Source: an uncultured Planctomycetaceae bacterium (GTDB lineage: Bacteria > Planctomycetota > Planctomycetia > Isosphaerales > Isosphaeraceae). From it: 64,000 nt of DNA. A program made the translations under genes and the position numbers. Under the pieces are notes generated by a model. That model was given only the letters and a program-made list of their open reading frames with translations. It ran no database searches and was not told the DNA's origin. The stretch spans positions 6,176,001 to 6,240,000 of the forward strand of contig CAWIAD010000002.1 of assembly GCA_963833985.1 (NCBI GenBank), read 5' to 3'. Every line of letters starts with the position of its first letter. The first letter of the stretch is position 1. Positions 21,564 through 31,797 of this stretch are shown here, piece after piece.

Positions 21564-22682
21564 ATGAAAGATGGCGAAATCCGGCTGGGCGTGATCGGGT
21601 GCGGAGGATTCGGCCTGTATGCTCTCCAGCAGTTTGCCCAGGTGCCCGGACTGAAGCTGGCCGGCATGGCGGGCACGCACCGGCAGGCAGCGATGGCTGC
21701 GGCACAGCGCTTCGGGATCCCTGATATCGAAGATGTCAGCGAGATGCTGGCACGCGATGACATCGATATCGTGTACATCGCCACGCCGCCGTTCCTGCAT
21801 CATCCGCAGGCGATGCAGGCGCTGCGGGCCGGCAAGCACGTGATCTGCGAGAAGCCGCTGGCTTTGACGGTGGCCCAGGCCGACGAGATGATCGCCGAGG
21901 CCCATGCGCGCGACCGGCTCCTCACGGCCAACCTCATGCAACGCTACAACCTGGTCAGCGACGCCGTCGGCAAGCTCGTTCAGAGCGCGGTCCTGGGCGA
22001 ATTCCTGCACGGCACGTTCGAGAACTACGCGTCCGACGAGAACCTCGGGCCCGGCCACTGGTTCTGGGATATTTCCAGGAGTGGAGGCATCTTCATCGAG
22101 CACGGAGTGCACTTCTTCGATCTGTTCGCCGGCTGGCTGGGGCCGGGCCGGGTGGTCTCGGCCGAGCTTGGCTTGCGGCCCGGTTCCGCGCCACCGATCG
22201 AGGAGCACGTGCACTGCACGGTACGCTACGGACAGTCGATGCTTGTCAGCTTCTACCACGGATTTCACCAGCCCGGCCGCATGGATCGCCAGGAGCTGCG
22301 GATGGTCTTCGAGCGCGGAGATGTGACGCTGTATGACTGGGTACCGACCCGGGTCCGGGTGCACGCGATCGCCGACGAGGCCCAGACGCGCGCCCTGTGC
22401 GAGCTCTTCCCGGGTGCCCAGCTCGATGCGCTGGCCACCTATGCTCCCAGGGACCGCGCCTGCGAGGGCCGGCACAAGAGGCTGGACGTCTACCAGACGC
22501 TGGAGCTTTCCTGGGGCGAGGGGACCAACAAGTCCGTCCGCTATGGCGAGCTCCTGCGAGCGCTCATGGCCGACCAGCTCGCCTGGATCGCCAATCGTGA
22601 CCACACCCGCAAGATCACCGAGAAGAACGGCCGCGATTCGCTGGCCGTCGCTTGCCAGGCCGATACTCTGGCACGGGCCTGA
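21564..22682 (+). CDS. Gfo/Idh/MocA oxidoreductase
   Basis: GVIGCGGFG, AGKHVICEKP, EHGVHFFD. Confidence 0.92.
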   Translation: MKDGEIRLGVIGCGGFGLYALQQFAQVPGLKLAGMAGTHRQAAMAAAQRFGIPDIEDVSEMLARDDIDIVYIATPPFLHHPQAMQALRAGKHVICEKPLALTVAQADEMIAEAHARDRLLTANLMQRYNLVSDAVGKLVQSAVLGEFLHGTFENYASDENLGPGHWFWDISRSGGIFIEHGVHFFDLFAGWLGPGRVVSAELGLRPGSAPPIEEHVHCTVRYGQSMLVSFYHGFHQPGRMDRQELRMVFERGDVTLYDWVPTRVRVHAIADEAQTRALCELFPGAQLDALATYAPRDRACEGRHKRLDVYQTLELSWGEGTNKSVRYGELLRALMADQLAWIANRDHTRKITEKNGRDSLAVACQADTLARA

Positions 22683-22707
22683 TCTTTCCTGGGAAGGAGC
22701 CAGATTC

Positions 22708-23778
22708 ATGCCGCTGAAGCGTCTCTTCGAGCGCGTGCTGTTGCGCCCCGCAGATCTCAAGCCCTCACGCGAAGACTTCGAGGTCGTGGGCGTGTTCAAT
22801 CCGGGCGCAGTGCGCAGGAATGGCGAGGTGATCCTGCTGGTTCGGGTCGCGGAGCAGCCGCGCGAGAAACGCACAGGCTTCACTGCCCTGCCCCGCTGGA
22901 GCAAGCATGGCGAGCCGGAGATCGACTGGGTCAAGAACAGCGATCTCGAGCCCGTCGATCCGCGGGTGGTGAGACGCAAGGCAGACGGCCTGGTCCGGCT
23001 GACCTTCACGTCGCACCTGAGGGTCGTGCGCTGCGGCGACGGCCGGTCGGTCCAGGGGGTGAGCGATACGTGCTTTCTGCCCGGGACCGAGCTGGAAGAG
23101 TACGGCGTCGAGGATCCGCGCATCACGTATCTCTATGGGCGATATTATTTCACTTACGTCGCCGTCTCGCGCCACGGGGCGGCCACCGCCCTGGCTTGCA
23201 CGGAGGACTTCGTCAGTTTCTCACGCCAGGGCACCATCTTTTGCTGCGAGAACAAGGACGTGGTTCTCTTCCCTGAATGGATTGGCGGCGCCCACGCCGC
23301 GCTGCACCGGCCGAACCCGGCCACGCCATTCTGCCGGCCGGAGATGTGGATCGCCTGGTCGCAGGACCTCATCCACTGGGGCCATCACGGCGTGCTTCAC
23401 GGCGGCGGCGCCGAGTGGGAAACGGGGCGCGTTGGCGCCGGTACGCCACCGCTGCGCGTTCCCGGCGGCTGGCTCGAGATTTACCACGGCAGCCGACACA
23501 CGACCGTGCCCGGGACGGTCGGCAAGTACTCCACCGGCGCGCTCTTGCTGGACGCGGAGAACCCGGCGCGAATCTTGAAGCGTACTCCCGAATCCATCTT
23601 CGAGCCCACGGCTGAGTTCGAGCGGAAGGGATTCGTGCCCGATGTCGTTTTCCCCACCGGGATCGTCGAGACCGAGGGCACCTTTCTGGTTTACTACGGT
23701 GCCGCGGACACCTGCACGGCCGTCGTCGAGTTCTCGCGTGCGGAGTTGCTGGCGGCGCTCGCGGCCCCGGGTTCCTGA
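22708..23778 (+). CDS. GH130-like glycosidase/mannoside phosphorylase
   Basis: FNPGA, GVEDPRI, NKDVVLFP, YYGAADT. Confidence 0.88.
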   Translation: MPLKRLFERVLLRPADLKPSREDFEVVGVFNPGAVRRNGEVILLVRVAEQPREKRTGFTALPRWSKHGEPEIDWVKNSDLEPVDPRVVRRKADGLVRLTFTSHLRVVRCGDGRSVQGVSDTCFLPGTELEEYGVEDPRITYLYGRYYFTYVAVSRHGAATALACTEDFVSFSRQGTIFCCENKDVVLFPEWIGGAHAALHRPNPATPFCRPEMWIAWSQDLIHWGHHGVLHGGGAEWETGRVGAGTPPLRVPGGWLEIYHGSRHTTVPGTVGKYSTGALLLDAENPARILKRTPESIFEPTAEFERKGFVPDVVFPTGIVETEGTFLVYYGAADTCTAVVEFSRAELLAALAAPGS

Positions 23779-23952
23779 GACTCGATGCATATTGCCCTGA
23801 CCGAAGGAGACAGCCAGCATTTCATGGAAGGAACAGGCCGCGACCGTGCTGCCTCACCGGTCGCGGCACCTGGAACCTGGATCGTTTCTTCGAGCGCTTC
23901 TCAGCTCAGTCTCAGCATGCTCGTACGATCGTCGGCAGGTCGCGGCGTGGTC

Positions 23953-26900
23953 TCATCCGACCTGGAGGATGACGGACGCGTCGATGAAGGCGGAGTAGTC
24001 GGATCCGCTGGGATCGATGCCGGCGAAGGTGATGGTGTGGCTGCCGGCCGTGACGTTGAAGGCGGCAGTAGTGTAGATTGAGTAGTTGGTGCTGGCGGGG
24101 GTGATGGTGCTCACGACTGTGCCGTCCACCAGCACCTGCACCTGCTCGTTACTGGTTCCGTAATTGGCCCGCTGGGCAGCGCTGAAGCTGATCTGGTACG
24201 AGCCGGTCGCGGCGAAGTTGACTGACTGGCTGATGGAACCAGTCTGCTGGAGGAAGGCGACCTGGGTGCCTTGCGGTGCGTTGGGGTTGCCCGCGGTGAA
24301 ACTGCTGCTGTTGCCTGCCAGGCCGGCCGTGCCGCTGTAGCTCCATGCCGTGCCCGTGGGATCATACTGGTAGGCCAACTTGCCCGATCCCAGGCTCGGG
24401 TTCTCGAAGCTGGGGTCAGTAAACCCGGCCGGCGAAACGCTGTAGAGACTGACCTGATCGAGCAGCGCCGTATAATCGTCCCCGGTCGGAGCCACACCGA
24501 TCAAGGTGATCGTGTGGTTGCCCGCGGTCACATTGAACGCGGTGGTCGTGTACGTGCCATAGCTGGTGCCGGCTGGGACGAAGGTATCCAGCAGCTTACC
24601 GTCCACCAGGACATGAACTTCCTCAAGACTGGTGCCGTGGTTGGCGCGCTGGGCGGCGGCAAGGCTGATCAGGTAAGAGCCAGGCGTCGCGAAATTGACG
24701 GTCTGGCTGATGGATCCGGCGCCCTGGAGGAAGGCGACCTGGCTGCCTTGCGGCGCGTTGGGATTGCCGCTGGTGAAGGTGCTGCCGTTGCCCGCCACGC
24801 CGGCCCCGCCGGTGAAGCTCCATGCCGTGCCCGTGGGATCAAACTGGTAGGCCGACGTGCCGGTCCCCAGGACCGGGGTCTCGAAGCCGGAGTCGGAGAT
24901 GCCGGCCGGCGGAGCGTTCGAGACGCTGAGCTGATCGAGCAGGGCAGTGTAGTCGGATCCGCTGGGATCCACGCCGATGAACGAGATCGTGTGGTTGCCC
25001 GCGGTCACTGTGAACGCGACGGTCGTCAACATGGTGTAGCTGGTACTTGCGGGGGTGAAGGTGCCCACGGTGTTACCGTCCACCAGCACCTGGAGTGATT
25101 CGTTGCTGGTGCCGTAATTGGCGCGCTGGGCGGCACTGAAGTTGACTTGATAGCTCCCGGCCGCCGCGAAATCGACGGTCTGGGTCATCGTACCGGTTTC
25201 CTGGAGGAAGGCGACCTGGGTGCCCTGCGGCGCGTTGGGGTTGCCCGCGGTGAAGCCGCTGCCGTTGCCCGCCACGCCGGCCCCGCCGGTGAAGCTCCAT
25301 GCCGTGCCCGTGGGATCATAGTGGTAGGCCGACGTGCCCGTACCCTGAGTTGGGGTCTCGAAGCCGGAGTCGGAGAACCCGGTCGGCGGAGCGTTCGAGA
25401 TGCTGAGCTGATCGAGCAGGGCAGTGTAGTCGGATCCGCTGGGATCGACTCCTGCGAAGGTGATGGTGTGGCTGCCGGCGGTCACGGTGAACGCGGCAGT
25501 CGTGTAGGAGTTATAGCGCGTGCTGGCCGGGGTGAAGGCGTCCACCACGGTGCCGTCAATCAGCACCTGGACTTTCTCCTTGCTGGAGCCGTAGTTGGCG
25601 CGCTGGGCAGCACTGAAGCTAAGCTGGTAGGTCCCGGCTACGGTGAAATCGACGGTCTGGGTCATCGTACCGGTTTCCTGGAGGAAGGCGACCTGGGTGC
25701 CCTGCGGCGCGTTGGGGTTGCCCGCGGTGAAGCCGCTGCCGTTGCCCGCCACGCCGGCCTCGCCGGTGAAGCTCCATGCCGTGCCCGTGGGATCGTACTG
25801 ATAGGCGGAAGCGCCCGTGCCCAGGATCGGGTCTTCAAACCCCGCGTTGAGTATGTCGGCGGGGGAGCCGGCGATGGTCATACTGGAGCCATAAAGGCTG
25901 CTCATGAGGTAAGAGCGATACTCAGGTCCGGTCATCTGCTGCACATAAGTTTTGGTTCCATTGGGCAGCACCTCGATTGTCTGCCCGATGGTACCGGAAG
26001 ATGAAGCTTGATCCCCGGACGTGAAGTCAAGGTTCCCGTTGGGGAGCAACTGCGCGGCCCCCAGGGCCGAGGAGTAGTTGCCCAGGTCGGCATTGACCAC
26101 CAGCGTGGCCGTCATCGTTTGCTCGTTGAGGACCAGTTCCTGCCCGCGGCTATCCGCGTTCGGGTTCGTCAGGCGGCGAGTGTTCCCGTCATCAAAAACC
26201 AGTATCGTCGAGTTGTCGACATAGGTCACGTCGTGCTGGTGGGAGAACCACGGGGATGGGTCCGAAGAATTGATGGTGAAATCCCCGCCCTGCCCCAGCC
26301 GCCAGACGACGTGGCCGTCTCCAGTCCCGTTGGCGTAGTCGATCTTGATCACCCAGTCCTGGGCGCGCAGTGAGACCAGCAGGTTCCCATCCTCGGGCGA
26401 GTAGCTGATGGAGTTGGCGTGCAGCCAGTCCCCCGGGCCCTCGCCATTCGTGGGCAGGCGGCTAGTCGAAAGCCAGTCGAAGGGGTTCCAGGCCCACGAA
26501 ACCTGGAAGTTCTGGTTCAAGACGAGAACCATGTCGCCGTTGTAGGTGGTGGGGGTGCCGTTCACGTTGATGATCTTCTGAGTCAGGGCCAGGACGGCCG
26601 TGTCACCGTTGGGCAGGCGCACGGCCTCGTGGTTGAAGCTCATGATCGAAGGTTGTCCCATCGCGGCAAGTTCGGCGTTGACGGCGTAGATGTCCGTCTG
26701 GCGTACCTCATTGCCGCCCAGGTCAATCTCCCTCAGCGTGTCCGTGCTCCCGGCCCCGGAAAACGTGCCACCCAGCAGCAGCATTGTGCCGCCCGGCACA
26801 AGGCTCGTGCCATAGCTGTAGAAGTTATTGCCCACAGAGTCATAGTACCAATTGATGTTCCCCTGGAGGTCTGTCGCCAAGGTCTCGGTGATGTTGGGCG

Positions 26901-27666
26901 GGTTCGCGACTCCGAAGTGGAGAACCATGTTCTGAGTCATATCCGTAGCGGGCGCGGGTGCCTGCGGCACGGTGAAGGTCGGGAAGGTCAAGTTGGTCGG
27001 CAAGCTTCCTGTCGTATAGGCCAGCGGAGCCGATACGGCCCCATTGTTCAGCACGTCTCTCATCAGGTAGGTCGTGTTGGGCAGCATGCCGGCGACCAGG
27101 AAGTTCGTGCTCTTTCCCGACACCACGGGCAGCTGTGTTGTATCCGTCCAGCTCGGGGTGGGGCTGAGCGGACTGAACTGGACGTACATCGAGGTGCCGG
27201 ATGACGGCGGGGCGCTGTACAGCGCGACTAAAGGGTTGGCCGTCGGGCTGATGACGGCACTGCTTCCGACCACCCGGGTCTGTGCGGTGTAAGACGCACT
27301 CGTAGAGTCAACGGTCGTCGAGCTGTAGCTATTTTTGACCACCACCTGAACGGAATAGGTCCCTTCCAGCAAGGGGTCCCAGTTGAAGGTGTTGCTGGAG
27401 CTGAAGTCCTGGACCATCTGGGACGAACCATTCGGCGATGTGACATTAAACTGATAAACAGGAGTTGTCCCGTCGCCACTCGCCGTCGCCGTCCACACGA
27501 CAGGCGATCCCACCAGGGGAACCGATGGTCCGCCGGACGACAGCGTGACGGACAGAAGGCAGCGCTCTTCCAGAAGACTGCACCGCGGTCGATACATCCG
27601 GCGCCGGCGAACCTGTGTGTACCTGGTCTCGGTGAGTCTGCGCGGAAAAGTCGAGAGCTGCCACAT
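23953..27666 (-). CDS. Extracellular aryl-sulfate sulfotransferase-like protein with four C-terminal beta-sandwich repeats (paralogue 2)
   Basis: LEERCLLS motif; NPLVA, DWLHANS, FSHQHD, FDDGN, YRSY; repeats 'GFE.P...NPNAPQGTQVAFLQ...AAQRANYG'. Confidence 0.8.
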   Translation of the reverse strand: MWQLSTFPRRLTETRYTQVRRRRMYRPRCSLLEERCLLSVTLSSGGPSVPLVGSPVVWTATASGDGTTPVYQFNVTSPNGSSQMVQDFSSSNTFNWDPLLEGTYSVQVVVKNSYSSTTVDSTSASYTAQTRVVGSSAVISPTANPLVALYSAPPSSGTSMYVQFSPLSPTPSWTDTTQLPVVSGKSTNFLVAGMLPNTTYLMRDVLNNGAVSAPLAYTTGSLPTNLTFPTFTVPQAPAPATDMTQNMVLHFGVANPPNITETLATDLQGNINWYYDSVGNNFYSYGTSLVPGGTMLLLGGTFSGAGSTDTLREIDLGGNEVRQTDIYAVNAELAAMGQPSIMSFNHEAVRLPNGDTAVLALTQKIINVNGTPTTYNGDMVLVLNQNFQVSWAWNPFDWLSTSRLPTNGEGPGDWLHANSISYSPEDGNLLVSLRAQDWVIKIDYANGTGDGHVVWRLGQGGDFTINSSDPSPWFSHQHDVTYVDNSTILVFDDGNTRRLTNPNADSRGQELVLNEQTMTATLVVNADLGNYSSALGAAQLLPNGNLDFTSGDQASSSGTIGQTIEVLPNGTKTYVQQMTGPEYRSYLMSSLYGSSMTIAGSPADILNAGFEDPILGTGASAYQYDPTGTAWSFTGEAGVAGNGSGFTAGNPNAPQGTQVAFLQETGTMTQTVDFTVAGTYQLSFSAAQRANYGSSKEKVQVLIDGTVVDAFTPASTRYNSYTTAAFTVTAGSHTITFAGVDPSGSDYTALLDQLSISNAPPTGFSDSGFETPTQGTGTSAYHYDPTGTAWSFTGGAGVAGNGSGFTAGNPNAPQGTQVAFLQETGTMTQTVDFAAAGSYQVNFSAAQRANYGTSNESLQVLVDGNTVGTFTPASTSYTMLTTVAFTVTAGNHTISFIGVDPSGSDYTALLDQLSVSNAPPAGISDSGFETPVLGTGTSAYQFDPTGTAWSFTGGAGVAGNGSTFTSGNPNAPQGSQVAFLQGAGSISQTVNFATPGSYLISLAAAQRANHGTSLEEVHVLVDGKLLDTFVPAGTSYGTYTTTAFNVTAGNHTITLIGVAPTGDDYTALLDQVSLYSVSPAGFTDPSFENPSLGSGKLAYQYDPTGTAWSYSGTAGLAGNSSSFTAGNPNAPQGTQVAFLQQTGSISQSVNFAATGSYQISFSAAQRANYGTSNEQVQVLVDGTVVSTITPASTNYSIYTTAAFNVTAGSHTITFAGIDPSGSDYSAFIDASVILQVG

Positions 27667-28044
27667 CGGATGAATTCCTCAAAAGGTGATAGCAAGATGG
27701 GCGAGGAAACGTGTCGGAAAAGCCAATCCTTCTGGGAAGGTCCGTCTCCATCCGGAGGTGACCCTGGTGAAGACCGAACGCTAGCATCCCAACTTCTCGA
27801 GAGCAAGTATTGTTTCGAGAAATCTTCACCAAAAAGATTGTTAGGATTAGGCAATCCTTGCTTCATCAGTTCATGAATGGACGAATGCCAGGCGCCTCGA
27901 ACTGCACGCAGCTCGCGACGAGGTGCTCTCTTACAGCAACGAAAGAGGACGAACGTGCTTTGTTTGGAGCGTCCACCCCTCTGGAGAGACTCGTTTGGCG
28001 GCGAGTTAGCTCCTTGTAAGTGATTTTAGCCCAGTGGCATGGTC

Positions 28045-31000
28045 TCATCCGACCTGGAGGATGACGGACGCGTCGATGAAGGCGCTGTAGTCCTTACCAC
28101 TGGGATCGACGCCGGCGAAGGTGATGGTGTGGCTGCCGGCCGTGACGTTGAAGGCGGCAGTGGTGTAGATTGAGTAGTTGGTGCTGGCGGGGGTGATGGT
28201 GCTCACGACTGTGCCGTCCACCAGCACCTGCACTTGCTCATTACTGGTGCCGTAATTGGCGCGCTGGGCGGCGCTGAAGCTGATCTGGTACGAGCCGGTC
28301 GATGCGAAATTGACGGACTGGCTGATGGAACCAGTTTCCTGGATGAAGGCGACCTGGGTGCCCTGCGGTGCGTTGGGATTGCCCGCGGTGAAACTGCTGC
28401 CGTTGCCCGCCACGCCGGCCCCGCCGTAGTAGCTCCATGCCGTGCCCGTGGGATCATACTGGTAGGCCGACGTGCCCGACCCCAGGCTCGGGTTCTCGAA
28501 GCTGGGGTCAGTAAACCCGGCCGGGGCGACGTTGTTGATGTTGATCTGGTCGAGGAAGGCGGTGTAGTCGGCCCCGGTAGGAGCGCCGCCGGCAAAGGTG
28601 ATGGTGTGGTTGCCGGCCGTGACGTTGAAGGGGACCGTGATGTAGGTCGAATAGCTGGTGCTGGCGGGAGTGAAGGTGCTCAGTGGCGTGCCGTCCACCA
28701 GAACCTGGACTGATTCGTTGCTGGTGCCATAGTTGGCCCGCTGAGCGGCGCTGAGACTGATCAGGTAAGAGCCGGCCGTCGCGAAGTTCACCGTCTGGCT
28801 GATGGAGCCGGTCTGCTGGATAAACGCCACCTGGGTGCCTTGCGGGGCGTTGGGGTTGCCACTGGTGAAAGCGCTGCCGTTGCCTGCCACGCCGGCCTGA
28901 TTGGTGAAGGTCCATGCTGTACCCGCGGGATCGTAGCGATACGCTGAGCTGCCGGTCCCCACGCTAGGGCTTTCCAGGCCGGCATCGCCGAAAGCTGCCG
29001 AGGGAGTGGTGACCCCGGTCGCAGCGACGTTATTGACATTGACCTGGTCGACGAAGGCGGTGTAGTCCTTGCCACTGGGGTCAACGCCGACGAGGGTGAT
29101 GGTGTGGTTGCCGGCCGAGGCCGTGAACGGAGAGGTCGTGTAGGTGGAGTACGTGGAGTACGTGGTGCCGGCCGGTGTGATGGTAGCCACGACCGAGCCG
29201 TCGACCTCGACCTGGATTTCCTCATTGCTGGTTCCGTAGTTGGCCCTCTGGGCGGCACCGAGGCTGATCTGGTAGGTCCCGGCCACCGTGAAATCGACAG
29301 TCTGGGTCGTCGTGCCTGTTTCCTGGAGGAAGGCGACCTGTGTGCCTTGCGGGGCATTGGGGTTGCCACTGGTGAAGGCACTGCCGTTGCCCGCCACGCC
29401 GGCCGTACCGCTGTAGCTCCATGCAGTGCCCGTAGGATCATACTGGTAGGCCGTGCCGCCCGTCCCCAGAATCGGGTCTTCGAAGCCCTGGTTCAGCACG
29501 CTGGCTGGTGTGCCGTAGAGATTATTCATAAAGTACGAACGATATTCCGGGCCGGCCCCGTTCATCTGTTGCACGTAAGTGATCGTTCCGTTCGGAAGTA
29601 CCTCGATGGACTGCCCGTAAAAGTTAGGTTGTCCGAGATACCCGGAATTGAAGTCGAGACTGCCATTGGGGAGCAACTGCGCAGACCCCAGCGCGAGGGA
29701 ATAGTTCCCCAGGTCAGCGTTGACCACCAGCGTGGCCGTCATGGCTTGCTCGTCAAGGACCCATTCCTGGCCCCGACTATCCGCGTTGGGGTCGGTGAGG
29801 CGGCGGGTGTTCCCATCGTCAAAAACCAGTATCGTGGAGTTGTCGACATAGGTCACGTCGTGCTGGTGGGTGAACCAGGGGTAGGTCACGCCCGGAGGAG
29901 CGATGGCGGTGAAATTGCCGCCAGCTCCCAGCGTCCACACGATGTGACCGTCACCGCTGCCGTTGGCATAATTGAGCTTGAGTACCCAGTCCTGTGCACG
30001 CAAGGAAACGATCAGGTCCCCGTCCGCGGGCGACCAGGCAACGGAGTTCGCGTGCAGAAAGTCGCTTGGCCCCTCGCCGTCGGTGCCCAGGCGGCTCGTC
30101 GAGAGATAGTTGAAGGCGTTCCAGGCCCACGACACCTGGAAGTTCTGGTTCAGGACGAGGATCATGTTGCCGTTGTAAGTGGTCGGGACACCGTTGACGT
30201 TGATAACCTTCTGTGTGAGGGCGATGACAGCCGTGTCCCCGTTGGGCAGGCGCTCTGCGTCGTGGTCGAAGTCGATGATGGGGCTCTGCCCCATCGCGGC
30301 GAGCTGGGCGTTGACGGTGTAGATATCCGTCTGGCGTACCACGTTACCGCCCAGGTCGATCTCGCGCAGGGTGTCTCCCCCCGCGAAGTTCGAGAGATTA
30401 CCGCCGACCAACAGCAGCGTGCCGCCCGGCACAATGGTTGTACCGATTGCGGGGAAGTTCGCAGCCACTGTGTCATAGTACCAGTTGATATTGCCCGCCA
30501 GGTCCGTCGTCAGGACCTGCATGGTTGTCGTCGGCCCGATCCCCTCGTGAAGGATCATGCTCTGTGTGAGATCCGTTCCAGGACCGGGAGATTGCGGCAC
30601 GGTGAAGGTGGGGAAACTCAAGTTCGACGGCAAGCTTCCGGTCGTGTAGGCCAGCGGAGCCGATACGGTGCCGTCGTTCAGCACATCTCTCATCAGGTAG
30701 GTCGTGTTGGGCAGCATGCCGGCGACCAGGAAGTTCGTGCTCTTTCCCGACACCACGGGCAGCTGAGATGTATCCGTCCAGCTCGGGGTGGGGCTGAGCG
30801 GACTGAACTGGACGTACATCGAGGAGCCGGATGACGGCGGGGCGCTGTACAGCGCGACTAAGGGGTTGGCCGTCGGGCTGATGACGGCACTGCTTCCGAC
30901 CACCCGAGTCTGTGCGGTGTAGGAAGCGGTCTTGGAGTCAACGCTCGTCGAGCTGTAGCTATTTTTGACCACCACCTGAACGGAATAGGTCCCTTCCAGC

Positions 31001-31296
31001 AAGGGATCCCAGTTGAAGGTGTTGCTGGAGCTGAAGTCCTGGACCATCTGGGACGAACCATTCGGCGATGTGACATTAAACTGATAAACAGGAGTTGTCC
31101 CGTCGCCACTCGCCGTGGCCGTCCACACGACAGGTGATCCCACCAGGGGAACCGATGGTCCGCCGGACGACAGCGTGACGGACAGAAGGCAGCGCTCTTC
31201 CAGAAGACTGCACCGCGGTCGATACACCCGGCGCCGGCGAACAGGAGTTTGTTTGTTCCTAGCGTGTTTGCGATGAGTGAACAGATGGTGCAGCAT
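28045..31296 (-). CDS. Extracellular aryl-sulfate sulfotransferase-like protein with three C-terminal repeats (paralogue 1)
   Basis: Same motifs (DFLHANS, FTHQHD, YRSY); near-identical termini to 23953..27666. Confidence 0.8.
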   Translation of the reverse strand: MLHHLFTHRKHARNKQTPVRRRRVYRPRCSLLEERCLLSVTLSSGGPSVPLVGSPVVWTATASGDGTTPVYQFNVTSPNGSSQMVQDFSSSNTFNWDPLLEGTYSVQVVVKNSYSSTSVDSKTASYTAQTRVVGSSAVISPTANPLVALYSAPPSSGSSMYVQFSPLSPTPSWTDTSQLPVVSGKSTNFLVAGMLPNTTYLMRDVLNDGTVSAPLAYTTGSLPSNLSFPTFTVPQSPGPGTDLTQSMILHEGIGPTTTMQVLTTDLAGNINWYYDTVAANFPAIGTTIVPGGTLLLVGGNLSNFAGGDTLREIDLGGNVVRQTDIYTVNAQLAAMGQSPIIDFDHDAERLPNGDTAVIALTQKVINVNGVPTTYNGNMILVLNQNFQVSWAWNAFNYLSTSRLGTDGEGPSDFLHANSVAWSPADGDLIVSLRAQDWVLKLNYANGSGDGHIVWTLGAGGNFTAIAPPGVTYPWFTHQHDVTYVDNSTILVFDDGNTRRLTDPNADSRGQEWVLDEQAMTATLVVNADLGNYSLALGSAQLLPNGSLDFNSGYLGQPNFYGQSIEVLPNGTITYVQQMNGAGPEYRSYFMNNLYGTPASVLNQGFEDPILGTGGTAYQYDPTGTAWSYSGTAGVAGNGSAFTSGNPNAPQGTQVAFLQETGTTTQTVDFTVAGTYQISLGAAQRANYGTSNEEIQVEVDGSVVATITPAGTTYSTYSTYTTSPFTASAGNHTITLVGVDPSGKDYTAFVDQVNVNNVAATGVTTPSAAFGDAGLESPSVGTGSSAYRYDPAGTAWTFTNQAGVAGNGSAFTSGNPNAPQGTQVAFIQQTGSISQTVNFATAGSYLISLSAAQRANYGTSNESVQVLVDGTPLSTFTPASTSYSTYITVPFNVTAGNHTITFAGGAPTGADYTAFLDQININNVAPAGFTDPSFENPSLGSGTSAYQYDPTGTAWSYYGGAGVAGNGSSFTAGNPNAPQGTQVAFIQETGSISQSVNFASTGSYQISFSAAQRANYGTSNEQVQVLVDGTVVSTITPASTNYSIYTTAAFNVTAGSHTITFAGVDPSGKDYSAFIDASVILQVG

Positions 31297-31797
31297 TGTG
31301 GATGATGTCCCGTAGAGAAATGAAGGCAAGTTGAACGGGGGACAGTGCCGAGGGACCACGCAACGTCCGGCGCCGAAATCGCGGCCCCCCCTATGGGGGT
31401 TGGACGCTAACACCGGGCTGAGGCCTTTGCAATGAGGCTGTTTGCGCGGAAGCCTCAGGGCGCGGTCATGAGGAGGTGGCGATTGTCTCTGGACGCGGCA
31501 TTGCCCATGTTCAAGTTCGCTCTATCATGATCGGCCTGCGGGAGCGGAACGCAATGTGATGATAGGCTGGAAACGCTCGATCTTTATCTGCAAATCATTA
31601 TGGGATAACATTTTCGGCGTAGCGGTCTGAGATAAGCGTTCTTGCGTATGAAGCTCTGAGCCGGTGTCTTTACACGCTGGACGCCGCGTGCGATACCATG
31701 GCGATATCTGTATGAGTTAGTAAATGAACGGTTCTTCATGTTGTTGAAAAAATAGAACACATGAGTCCGCATCGGGTCAATCCAATCATTTCGGCGT

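Noticed and set aside
20739..23126. 795-aa minus-strand ORF
   Set aside because: Only the last ~221 aa (Uma2) are credible; the rest is the antisense shadow of the oxidoreductase and GH130
23953..31296. Diversity-generating retroelement (TR/VR) among the repeats
   Set aside because: No reverse transcriptase in the window; differences look mostly synonymous and not adenine-specific
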